64,000 bases of DNA from contig NW_026889794.1 in assembly GCF_033153115.1 (NCBI RefSeq), positions 4,154,001 through 4,218,000 on the forward strand, given 5' to 3'. A model generated the notes under the pieces. The model had not been told where the DNA came from and searched no databases. It worked only from the letters and a program-made list of their open reading frames with translations. Positions 1 to 12,530 of this stretch are shown here, in pieces; the stretch's first letter is position 1; the number at the start of each line of letters is the position of its first letter. The position numbers and the translations under genes are program-made. Source of the stretch: Saccostrea echinata (lineage: Eukaryota).

Positions 1-48
1 CCACCCCAATACCTAACCCAGGTAACAAGTACAGGTGAGAAATGTTAC

Positions 49-202
49 CTGAAATTCCAAAAGGATTGGCACAATTACTGTGGCAACGAGACGTCAGACT
101 CAGTCTCAATTCTGATAGACTTTGACATTCCATCAATAAAAGAGTTCAATCACAGTCATTATGGTATCTTTAGAACCACACAGCCAGCTTGTGGGAGTAA
201 AC
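49..202 (-). other. Candidate exon of an unidentified gene running off the left edge (possible start MECQSLSELRLSL at 133)
   Basis: ttgcag acceptor at 203, cag|gtaaca donor at 48; no recognisable domain. Confidence 0.3.
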
Positions 203-1563
203 CTGCAATTAATTGAAACACATTAACATGCATTTAACGTCAGAGTTTAGCCTTGGAAGCATGATGATTACCAGTACTGCTAAATAAGTCTGGTGAAATC
301 AAAGCAAACATGATTTTTCCATAAACTTGAGGATTAAGTATTGCATTAATCGTCAATGGGATCCAGAATTAAAGAGGGAGTTTGGGTGGGGAGCTTGTGA
401 AGGATTATATACTTGATTTCCTGAAGGCTTTGACAAAAAGTCAAAAGATACTGAGTACAACAATGGCTTGAATGACACAAAGTGTTAATGAATTTAAAAA
501 ATATGTTAATTATGTTTCTGAGTAAGGGATTTTTCCATCATAATACAAACTAGAAATATGTCGATAGGACATGAATGCCCCACCCAGGCTTCATTAGTAA
601 TGCAACAAGAAAATTTGTATTAGTGTAGGAAGTTTGATGAAAATACCTTGTCAATGAATAGTTTCTTTATTAATTTTAAAATGAGTTTAATACACAATGA
701 ATTGTAAATTAAGTCAAAGATCACTGGGAAGTTCAAGGTAAAAAAAAATTCACAGATGATAAATTCTCATCAAATAATGTATAACAGTCATTCTACGATA
801 AATGGACCACATCAGTGTAAAAAAGATGAAAAAAATAATTTATTCAAATAGCAAAATGAACATCATAATTCTCTAAAGGACCTATCAGTGAACTTGAAAA
901 CAAAGAATTGTCCACAAATCTGGTATCGTAAACTTTCTACAACAATTTCAAGATACCATTGATTTTAAGGTAATGTTACGGAAGTTAATGCTTGATCAAG
1001 CCTTATTATTTTTTAAATAAAGCTGAATTTGACCAATTTTTCGTTTCTGATGTTCAGTAAAGAACGCTAAAGTATGATTCATGAAGTCTCGCATGAATCC
1101 GAATTTAAATTAAATTTTCGGGAAAAATATCGTTATGGAAGTTAATCGTTACGGAAGTTAATTCCCAACAATAAAAGTTAAAATTCTCTTCAATAGTTCA
1201 AATCAAAGTTTGTTTTAGGATATTAAACAAAAGTATGAAGCATTTCGCTCCCAAAATAATCAAAAATTTTATACTTTAAATTCAAAATCTTTCCTAAATT
1301 ACCGTTACGGAAGTTAAAGGATCATTCTCTATAAGGCCGTTTTGCGGCCTACAATGACTTCAAATTTTCAAATAGTATTTTTTCCCTTAAAAAACTGCAT
1401 GAGTCAGTAGGCTAATGTTCCAATTTAATGATAAATGTTGATTGGTTAATGATACAAAAGTATTTGTTATGATATAGGGTCACAAAGTAAGGTACTATCG
1501 GTCCGTATTAGCATTAAGGTAATGGGAAAACTCAAGAGGGTTGGTGTGTTAGGTAACTCCTAC

Positions 1564-1672
1564 ACATGTCATAACCACCTTTAACCAACACCAAAATTTG
1601 CATGTAAACTTCTTATGAACATAAAAAGTGACTACCAAATTATCAACTTGGTTAAAGGTGGTTATGACATGT
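1564..1672. repeat. Perfect 25-bp inverted repeat, 59-bp spacer
   Basis: acatgtcataaccacctttaaccaa / ttggttaaaggtggttatgacatgt. Confidence 0.9.
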
Positions 1673-2392
1673 AAATAAAAACTTTTCGCTTCATTTTTAC
1701 GATATTTGCAGGAAAAGCTAACTACTCACAATGAAGGATATCAGCTTATGTAGATTATTTCTTATTATAAACTTCCACTTAGAGTACATGTTTCTATTGA
1801 TTTACTAAGAATTAATATAAGCCATGCATGTTTACTCAAAAAAGGTAAACTTTTTACTTAAAAAATCTAAAATCAAAGGACTGAAATGACTGGTTGTTAT
1901 GAAATTACGTGAAGACAAGAAAGAAATTTTTTTATAGACTATAAGGCATGAATATAAGTTACTTATTATAATTATTATTATTTATAAGGATAGTTTAGTT
2001 TATCTATGCTACTTCTTTGTATTTGTATTTCCTTAGGATTACTGCATATTTGTTATTAGTTCTAGAAATGATAAAAGCTATTTTTGTTGTAGCGGAAGAT
2101 GCATTTGCTATTTGTGTTATAAACTTAATTTTTCTTTGGATACACATGTAACTTTTATAGATAGAGAATTACTAATGGGATGGTTTCATAATGGAAATTC
2201 TCGCCTCTACCTTTTAGAAGGACACTTTTCCGTATGAGTGACATAGGATCCATGTATTTTGTTAACTGGGTGTTGAGAGGACTCCATCTATTCATCACAC
2301 TTCTTTGGTAGCATCAATATAAGTTATGAGAACAGTAGTTCTGTCTTAGAAAATAAAACGCCAAGGAGGAAAGGGGTTCCTAAATGTCACGT

Positions 2393-2700
2393 GATTGATA
2401 ATTGAATGTTGCTTTACGTCATATTATAATTTTTCACCCAGATAAAGAGATCATCCACTTAAGATGAAGTGTCACAATTTTGATTTATGCATGGTTTCAG
2501 TATTGACCAACACCTACCATGGGACAGGACCTCCTTCTTTAAGATAATATCCAAAAGACCCATGACTTTTACTTTCAATGCTGAGGACTTAGCAAAGGAA
2601 CTGTCACTACCCGTGTTAAACACCTTAGTTCTTGACGCAGCACGGAAAGAGAATTTAATCCTCAGGTTTCAAGAGTGCGAAAGGAGTGTCATCTCTTACG
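2393..2700 (-). mobile_element. Degraded SINE
   Basis: Patchy similarity to the SINE at 46188-46453 (aatttttcac.ca.ata.aga, atccaaaagaccc, ttcaatgctgag..cttagcaaa). Confidence 0.55.
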
Positions 2701-4419
2701 GTCCATTTTGTACCTGGGATGTTGTAGAACTCTGTTAGTTTATGGATATACTAAAATTTCTGATATGCGTAGTGGAAGGAACTGTTGAAAATCTACTCCA
2801 TTTTATGGAGTGCCGGGGGGGGGGGGGGGACTCGACTTTTATACATACATTTGTGTATTATAGTTTAGATACCATTTTAAATTAAATATATTGTTTAACA
2901 TGCGTAATTAAATTGAATCAAAGCAACTCTTACGATGTTATTTCATTTTACGTCGATATATATATTTTTAATACAACCGTTCTCAGTTTTATGTACTGAC
3001 TATTAACATGTACTTGCATTAATATTTTCATCCTGTAAATTAATGAATTCTTTATTTTTTTTTTATTTTATTTTTATTTATTTTTTTTTTTGCAAATGTA
3101 CACTATATTTTATAAATTACAACTTAATTTTGATTTAATCACAAACAAAATTCATTCATTGCTTTAAACATTTGATACACAACTTTTATAGTTCAATAGA
3201 AACTTAGAAATCTCATTTCTTGCATGGGCATTTTATGAGTAAAATAGGTACCACATCTATAGAAACAATACACAATTACAATATAAACATATATGAAATA
3301 ATACTTTTAATTAAATGCTAATTAAACATTTTTCAACATCATACGAGGTGCATTTTGTAAAGATTTACATTCAAAATATGCAAAATGTGAATGCATCAAA
3401 ATTCTTGCCAAAAAAAAAATATCTTTAGCCTTAAATTAAACAATCTTTGCTTTTATTACTTAAGTCTGATATGTTTCCGACATAAATAAACAATTTTTGA
3501 TCATTTACATCTAGAAACATGCATAGAAACGTGATGTAAATAGACCTATCCTCAATTTTTCTTTACTTGACGGCCGTTTGTGATCTTTAAATCACGCGAC
3601 TTAGGTGATCGATGTTGAAAAACAAACATCAAAATCATGAAATACAATGATTAAAGTTACATAAAATCACATTTTTAAGTGATTTTATTGTAGGCCGGAA
3701 AATGGCCTTATAGAGAATCATCCTTTTTAAGAGAGACAACTGTTTTTGTCTAATTCATTTTGTTATGTCGAAAATGTAATCGTGTAAAATAGCTGACTCG
3801 CAACTAGAATCGATGATATAAGGTTCCGTGGTCACTTTCAGATAAGTTTCAATCAGTTCTTTTTGAAATCTGCATTCTATGCGTGAAATTTAAAACAAAA
3901 TCATTACGGAAGTTAATTGATTTTAAGCGACATGCTTATAAATTCGCATGAAAGGAGATCTATGCATTTCTTTGCGAGAAATGGTTTGATTTCTTTTTAT
4001 ATAGGATAAAAGACATTTTTTAACATTCATTGCACTCTATTCGAAACGATTTTATGGCTTAAAATTTCATCTTGAAATTTGTACATAAATGAAGCGACAT
4101 TAAGATTTGCAGTGGAATACATTTTTCAACATTGCATTATGTTCATATCAAAACTTTAACTGCATATATATCGGTGAATATTTACAAAACCATGTATGTA
4201 TTTTAAGCCTTAGAGTTGAAATCGACCTTTAAATTTATAATTAAGATATTACAACGGTAAATTTGCAAGCAACATAAAAAATTCTTAATTGGTCATGTTT
4301 TTGTAGAATGACTGATAAGTGCATAAGCCTACATAAAGAAAATTCTGCATTAGTTTCTTTGAGCAAAAAAAAAAAACAAAACAAAAACAACAATAACAAA
4401 AAGCAAATCTTAGAAAAGT

Positions 4420-5245
4420 GAGATGAAAGGAAAGGTCAAGGACAAAATGTTGATGAAGTGGAATAACTAACCTCAATTATATATCAGCATATGAAGTTTG
4501 ATAAAAATATCTTGATTTGTTTCTTTGAAACTATACTAAACACAAATTTGAATTCAAGGTCAAAGAAAATGTCTAGGTCAAAAATGATGATGCAATTGAA
4601 TAGCTCTCATCAATATGTATAAGCATATAAAGTTTGATAAAAAATATTTAAATACTTTCTTTGAAATTTAGCTAAACACAAATTTTAAGTCAAGGTCAAA
4701 TGAAAGGTCTAGGTAAAAAATGTTGATGCAGTTGAATAACTCTCACCAATATGTTTTAGCATATTAGGTTTGAATAAAATATCTTGAATAGTTTCTTTGA
4801 AATAAAGCTTATTACCATTTTAAGATATGTGAGGTCAAGGTCAAAGGAAAGGCCAAGGTCAAAATGTTGATGCAGTTGAACAGCTCTTATCAATATATAT
4901 AAGCATGTAAAAGTTGATTAAAAATATCCTAAGTTTCTTTAAAATTGAGATAATCACTAATTTAAGAAAGTGAGGTCAAGGTCAAAAAATGTTGATGAAG
5001 TTGAATAGCTCTCATCTCACCAATATGCATCAGCATATGAAGTTTGAAAATGATATCAAGAATAGTTTCTTTGAAACTTAGCTAAAACACAAATTTAAGA
5101 AAAGTGATGTCAAGGTCAAAGGAAAGGTCAAAGTTAAAAAATAGTGATAGATTTGAATAGTTCTTATCAGTATGTATCAGGATATAAGGTTTGATAAAAA
5201 CATCTTAAACAGTTTCTTTGAAATTGAGCTAAACATAAATTTTAT
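4420..5245. repeat. Tandem repeat, about 6 units of 125-150 bp
   Basis: Recurring aaggtcaa..aaatgttgatg.agttgaatagctctc..aagtttgataaaaatatctt..tttctttgaaa..gctaaacacaaattt. Confidence 0.92.
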
Positions 5246-5709
5246 TTTTTACTACATGTAGTAAGTTCAAATCAAAGTAATGAATCTCAAATGTGTGTCA
5301 AAGATAAATTAATGAAATGAATTTGCTTTGTACCTTACAAAATAAAGAAGCTTAAAATTAATCATAAACAATATTATTCAACAAACTTTGGCAGATTCCA
5401 GTGCCCTCTATCTAATACACAGATGGAATCTGCCAAGATATATTCTGATGAACTAAATATACAATGTGAAAGATGCTATAGAGAATCTGCTTTGTGACTT
5501 CATTTTGAAATTTACTATTGACTAGACATAAACTCTAGACATTAAACTTTTGGCATAACTAGTGTCCAGTACAAAGTTAAACTCAAAATGATACACAAGT
5601 GCACAATTAAAATATGCTGGTAGCAAATTTATGGAAAAGTGCTGCCCTGGGCAAATGCCATAGTGGGGTCTATTTGAGTTAAATATGTACAACTATAATC
5701 TCTGGAAAT

Positions 5710-5935
5710 TTATTTGCTTGTTTACTTTACATACCTTAAAGAATTTTTACTCATATTGGGACATCACCAATTGCAAATGAAGACCTGCATTTACTCAGGG
5801 CACCTGCAGCCATTGTACTGTGAGGATCTAGCATCAACTGAGATAACGGACCTCGGTTTATAGGGTATCATGTAAAAGACCAGTCTCCATATGATCCAAC
5901 TCTAGAAAAAAACTCACCACTGCACCATGCTATTG
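5710..5935 (-). mobile_element. Degraded SINE
   Basis: gaatttttactcatat..gacatcacca, ggacctcggtttata, gaccagtctcca match the reverse complement of the SINE at 55879-56176. Confidence 0.55.
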
Positions 5936-6031
5936 TGCTGGTGTCATGCATGTAATAGAGATTTATAATATTAGGAAATATCCTGTTATTCTGATTTTGT
6001 ACACATTAAAGAACATTTAGCAAACTATATA

Positions 6032-6206
6032 CAGTTGAACTTCGGTATATCGAACACTGATATCTCGAATACCATGGATATGTCGAAGTGATTTGGAAGT
6101 CCCAACCACTTATTCCATAAGTATTTTACCCCTGATATCTCAAATCCTCGGATATCTCAAAGTTTTTTCTCAGTCCCATAGAGTTTGAGATAACGAGGTT
6201 TGACTG
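6032..6206. mobile_element. Tc1/mariner (pogo/Tigger-type) MITE
   Basis: TA|cagttgaacttcggtatatcgaa ... ttgagataacgaggtttgactg|TA; TA duplication; internal gatatctc repeats. Confidence 0.85.
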
Positions 6207-6246
6207 TATATGAGATAATTTCCTTCAAATTTGACTAAAATCCTTT

Positions 6247-6405
6247 TAAGGTATGAATTTAATAGCTACCCAATTTATACGATATAAACTGGGTTGGGAC
6301 AGTTTACACTTTATAAACCACTTCCCTGTTTATGTGGTTTAAAAAAACTGTTCCCACCCAGTTTATACTATATAAATTCAGGGTAGCTATTAAATTCATT
6401 CCTTA
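6247..6405. mobile_element. Palindromic (hairpin) MITE
   Basis: taaggtatgaatttaatagctaccc..tataaactggg / cccagtttata..gggtagctattaaattcattcctta. Confidence 0.8.
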
Positions 6406-9400
6406 TGATTTTAATTTTCATTCATATAGTAAAAGAAAAAAAGATGACTGCCCTTAAAAAAAACTTCAAATTGTACAAAATTTAAATGTAATGTCAGGCG
6501 GATCGATACATTTTTGACGCATTAAGTCATTGTGACGTAGGCAACCCAATTTATTATAACGATATACGTAAAGTAAATTTTGAATTATAATGTGAGTGTG
6601 ATAATCGTGATGCACGTAACAAGGAAATTGCACACTGACATTCTTATGTAACTCACTCCACCCCAAGTCCTTACAATGTATAAATTAGCTGAATCGATTT
6701 TTTAATGCCATCATATCTATATCAAAGTTGCCAGTACAGTGCCCTAATACCCACCCAGTACAATCCTTATCTTTTCTACTTTCAGACAGACTATCAACAG
6801 CTGTGGACAAAGTTAGACTGATGACACCGCAAATATAATTTTTCTGTTGTAAGGTGATCAATATCCAATTTTCTTCTATGGCCTTGGTGTCCCCTCGTCT
6901 AGCCGTACGCATAAATCTCCGCAAAATTCATATTGATCAGACCATTCCCAGTCCTAAGGCATAAAAGACATATTCTCATTTCTTAAATTTAGATGATAAC
7001 TTCCATTTTCTACTGCGTTTCCTGAATCCTTATGCCGGGCTCCTGGTCCCGAGACCATAAATCTGTATTAGCTTAGTTCACCACCTTCCTCATAACGCCT
7101 ACCATATTTCTTGTTGTTTATTTATTATTGATGGGGGTATCAAAGTGGCAACAAACTCGCAAAGTAATTTTTTTACCCCCTAGAAATCAATAGAACTGAT
7201 ATGTTTGTGAAACATAAAGGGAAGAAGTTAGCAATTTTATCTTGAAGATTCTTCACTGAAATTGAATATCTGGTGAATTTACACTGCTCATTAGTAATAA
7301 GAAAATCACAAAATACTCACGATTCAGTTTCTGTGAGGAAATTCCATTGAAAACACTAAAAAGAGAATAATTTTAAATCTTGAAATGCACTCAAAATACA
7401 GTAAAAAAAAAATACCAATTTAATTTTGAACAAATTCATTAGATGCTCATTTGGGAAACCCACATTAATCTCTAATAGAAATTATGGTGCAGATCAAAGC
7501 TGGATGATCAGTGCAGGTGTCAAGCCCTGCAATTTTGAAATTTCACTCCCCATTCCCTTGGGATATGTCTTGAAAGAATTCCTGTCTAACCGAATCAAAT
7601 TACATAATTTCTTGGCAACAATAACTTGCAGTTTATTTTATTTTTTTCAATTTGCAGGTTTTGTTTGGCAAAGATTAATTAAACGCTTTATTTAACTTGA
7701 TTTGATTAGCATGCACTTAACATGAGCATTCTTCTACACCCTGAGATTGAGAAATGTGTAATGAAATACAGAAAATCTCAACTGATGAAAAACTAAGTAA
7801 TGATTAAAACAGATATATCAAGAAAATTATAATTTAAAGTCCATATAAAGTTTTCAAAAAAACAAACAAGTAAAAATTTAGTATTGATGATCTCTTTCAT
7901 AAAATTAATTCCTGATGGCTACACTGGATCACGATTAAAAACACCTTTATGTGTTTAATTTGGCATGCTGTGTTACAATATAAAACCACTTGGTCTTAAC
8001 AACATGTAGTTAAATTTCCTTGGTCAAATCATTCACTTACATTAGGGTAATTTTGTAACACGTAAAACTAACTGATTGACTTCACTATTTACAAGTGGTC
8101 TACAATAATATTTCTATATCTCATTTTCGCCTTCACCTGACAAAATTACCTATATATAACCCTTCAAAACACAAAGACTTGGTAAACTCTGTGATTACGG
8201 ATATTTATTTTCATCTATTCTCCTTCAAGTGCTCGGAAATTTGACAGCAAATATCAGCTGGCTACTTCCCAATACAGAACTGACTAAGTTCCCAGTTCCT
8301 GATATGGCCAATGGAGATTATTGAAGGTTGGGTCACTTGAAGTTATAATTAAACTGTGGTTGGCACCTTTTTAAAAGGCGACTCTCTAACATTGTCTGCC
8401 ATGTGTGCTTTCTGAATGGAATAACTCATATTTATTCTTAAGAAGAATTAATACAATTTTTTTTTTTTTTGCACAAGATATTCAAATATAATATGCTAGT
8501 CTAAGACCAAGTGCTTGAAAATTTAAAGGTAGTCTGTATGTGTGTTTTGACTCAGAGAGCAGATTGATAAATTACCTATATGAAACAACTCTGCAGTAAA
8601 ATTAGAATGATAAATATGTGAACATAGACGGAACAATCTCCGATAACCTTGACATATTTTCATGGCTTTCAGCTCTCTATGCACCTAGTATATTTGAATC
8701 ACACCCCAACTAAACTTTGGAATCATTTAGATAGGTAATACCTGGTGGCATTTAGGATTCTTTTTCATAGTTTATATTTAGGACATTCGAGAGCAGCTTA
8801 CATAGCAGTGTTGCCTAAACAAATGCCTCAATGCAAACAGCATCTGGAAATCAATGTCGTTCTTTGCGAACAGCGAGAGACATCTCCCAAATTCACCTGT
8901 GGAAGGAAAAAGAAATAAACGAGTCGTAAATCATTGAAAAAGGAAATGTTCATCCATTAGCACTCATTTTACGTAATTTGGAGGCTAAATATGCAACATC
9001 CATTTTTAACAAAGTTGATAAATCAAAGTATTTTAGTGTATATAATGATTACTTTCATAAGATTGATTGTGTATGTGTCCTTTGGTATGAGGAAATAGAA
9101 CGCGATTCGGAGCCACATAGTCCCGACTTAGGGACAGAGTACGACCCTTACTTTTTTTACACTTATTGCACAAGTGTTTAATTTTAGACAAACAACCACA
9201 TTTACAATCATTAAGAACTGCGCAAACTGACATTTTCTTTGAAGTTTTCGATAAAACCAGGAGTTGACTACAGTCGAACAAAGTCAATCAACAAGGCCTA
9301 TGTTTGAACCAGGCCTGTTTGATAAATATTTGTTGCAGTTAATGCAAATATCATAAAACAGCCATTTGCAAAAAAAAGTATCATCATTAGAAATGAATAC

Positions 9401-10832
9401 ATGATCGAGTTTACAACTACATTGTACATGTCAAATGAAAAGTTCAACTTTCCAATGTTTATACATGCATGTGTGATCACCGTCATTATACGATATTTAT
9501 ACATTTGGAATGTGGGCTTACTTGTGTGTAAAATTTTGGCTAATTGATATAGATTCCATCAATAAATACATATAAAAAATCCATTATGAATATACATAAA
9601 CTATCCATGCTGCAATACTTTTTTTCCCTATCAGTATATTTTTATTTGTCATTGATGCTTTACCAACACCTGCATAATGCCAAAATTTCATATTTTATAA
9701 CCAAACAGCCTAAAATGTCAAATTTAATTATCCTATTTGCTTTGAACTCTACAGTGAAAAAATGAATTTTCGCTATCTAACATTCCTTATTGCATCATTA
9801 TACATTTACGTACTTCATACCAAAGATAATCCAACCAATTTACTTTCTAGCAATTGAAGATTTTCCATTTAAGATCAAGCTGTCGTGAATCTAAAATGTC
9901 ATCTAAAAATATAATCTTGTGAAAAACTTGTATACAATAATTTTATATATATGCTCTGCGAATGCTTTTCACATGATGAAAATAAACTTCACAATGCAAA
10001 ATAAATAAGAGGCATAATTTTGCCCCCCCCCTTTTCTTTTGTAAAATCCAGAAATTGCACACATGCCTTCAAACACAAGGTTTTACAGGTCATACAGTCA
10101 CTTTTCAGTAGCCATTTTTAGAGCTGTCTGGAAGGCCGTAAAAAAAATATGGCTAAAAGAAGAGTTTTTCAAACGGTCTTTAAAAAATGTGTTTGAAAGT
10201 TAATTTCCTTTATGTAAGAAAATTAAGAAGGAAAAAATATTATTAGTACGTAATATATTAGTAAATGAACATACATGTATCTTTTCTTTGGCCTAATATT
10301 GAGTACCAAATATTAACACGTGAATATTTTGAGTAAAAATTGTTAATATCTACACGGTGTGAATTTACACAGACTTGTAGAATAATCCCCAGACAAGAAA
10401 ATCATGTCTTATGTCACATATATGTAGCTATTTGTCCTATAAATGACACATCAGTGTGGTAATTAAATGTCCCATGTACATAAAGTTGAAGTGTATTTAC
10501 ATAAGCCTCATAATAAGGCAGCATGTCCTTCCTTAAGAGTGTCTGATTATCAATTCTCAGGAACTGGCCCTGATAAGTATGTTACATACATGAGACCTTT
10601 ATTATACTGAATTAGCCCAATTGGGTTTACCAACACAATAACACTATCCCATGTGTCTGATATTAAATTATTCATTCTTCTATTCCTATAAAACACCATT
10701 TAATAACTTCATTTATAATAAACAATATATTGTGAAGATACTTTACACTGACCCTTGGAAATCAAATCACATTTTGTTCATTTTTTGGAAAATTGGACAA
10801 AAACACTTGTCAATGATTCTTATAGATAATTG

Positions 10833-10873
<41 letters not shown>

Positions 10874-12459
10874 TTTTTTTTCAGAATTGACCTTGGGGAG
10901 TCAGCATCATTCTTTAAGTGGTATAAATGGAATAAGTTCTTTATCTAAATACCCTCTCTCTCTTGTAGATTAAGTCTGTCTTCTGTTTCAAACAACTTGA
11001 TAAGCCTGATTGTTTGGTAGGATCCACAGTAACACTCATACAAAAGTTCAAGATATATGTTCAATAAAGCCAACTTTTTTTTTTTCTTTTTTTTCTTCTT
11101 TTTGGTCTGAATTCATGCAGGTAAATTTAAATTAATAAATGATTAGAATAAAGTTTAACATTTCAAACAACTACTTTTTTCACAGAGGGACATTTTATTT
11201 CTCTTATTTACACCTGGAATTAGAAATATTGTTTATAATACATGTATGTATATTCTGCATGCTGACAGTTAGCAAAAGAAAATTAAAAGAAAAAAATCTT
11301 TGGCATTAGCAAAAACAAAACATAATTACACACACACATTGTTAATTGCCTCTTAATTTAGAACTGCAAATCTGCAAATAATATGATTAAAATAAAATTA
11401 TAGAATAACTTAAAAATTCACTTTCCGGTCATTATTCCTTGGCATGATCTGGTAAGCATACATATGCATTTACTAGTACTTTTTAACAATAATACTATTT
11501 TCAAAGACTTAAAATGTGAAAATGGTAAATTTTTTAATAATTTAATTCAGAAATTGCTTAAAAGCACTGACTTAAAGTATTACTGGTACTTAGTTAATTA
11601 TTTTAAAAATTTCTTTGAGGTTTTGAACCATGCAGCATATTTTTGCATTTATATAAATCAACTTCTCAATACTCAACCTGAATATAACCACATGGGCTAA
11701 GCTCAATATGTTACGAAAAGTCATCTATATACTGGAAAGTACTTCAAGAATATATATTTTTAAATATTAATATCACTTTTAGAAACAAAAAATGGACTAA
11801 GACCCTGTAAATATGAATAAATATTAAGTTTCTGGTCACAATTGCCAATAAAAACAGCACTAAAACTTAACAGTCTGTGCTCTGTTCCACAATTCAATGG
11901 AATTTACAACATGCCCGGATAATGAAATTAAATTTAAATTTAGCAAATTAAGATGTCTGTCCGCTAATTAGACAGAGTTAACATTAAATTCTGTCACGCT
12001 TTTCTGTATCGTGTGACTTGACAGTTTAATTTTCCGACTTTTGACACCTTGGAGCTCAGAATCACCTTTCCGCTTCTCAAATTAGCTTATGTACCTCAGG
12101 GAAACAAGGACTGTGCTTTTTGTAAGGCGATTCAACCGTAACTTCACATAGATAATCTTTTTTTCCAAACTTCAAAGTTTGGAATCAGTTACGCATCATT
12201 TAATCTGGCAAGATACTTTAACGCTTCGTTTAAAGCAAGGTTACTGAAACCTCGTGTATAAATTGTGGTAATTTAAACACTGAATAATCTATGCCCTCCT
12301 CTCTCCGACCCTGAGATTAGAATTATATTTCAAAATTTGCTGACTTCGAAAATTTCCTGTATTAAAATAATGGTATGAATTATATCTGTATATATATATA
12401 ATATACCTATACTGGATGTACCATGTGTAGATGACCATTTGTCCCATTTTGTTCTGTAG

Positions 12460-12530
12460 TCTCTGCGTCAGCATTTCTTAGCAGAGCGCTGATTGGTCAA
12501 ACACATTACACGTCATTGCTACGTCAAAAT
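12460..12530 (-). promoter_or_regulatory. Candidate proximal promoter (3 CRE-type TGACG sites + CCAAT)
   Basis: CGTCA at 12466, ATTGG at 12492, ACACGTCA at 12508, TACGTCA at 12520. Confidence 0.4.

Larger units (their letters stand above)
1316..3726. mobile_element. Non-autonomous DNA transposon with 40-bp TIRs at a TTAA site
   Basis: aaaggatcattctctataaggccgttttgcggcctacaat (1316-1355) versus attgtaggccggaaaatggccttatagagaatcatccttt (3687-3726), 3 mismatches. Confidence 0.85.
965..4232. mobile_element. TTAA-ended non-autonomous element (Crypton/Kolobok-like) carrying GTTACGGAAGTTAA repeats
   Basis: Ends ttaaggt...acctttaa; motif (g)ttacggaagttaa near 975, 1132, 1148, 1304 and again at 3904, on both sides of the inner insertion. 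Confidence 0.5.
548..5250. mobile_element. Helentron/HINE-like element with internal satellite, interrupted by nested insertions
   Basis: Head aactaga...gaatgcccc at 548-580, a degenerate repeat unit at about 615-745, and the same unit resuming as an array at 4420-5245. Confidence 0.5.

Noticed and set aside
4420-5245. Repeat arrays resembling CRISPR (also 41335-42135)
   Set aside because: The whole unit repeats with no unique spacers; eukaryotic satellite inside Helentron-type elements; no cas genes.
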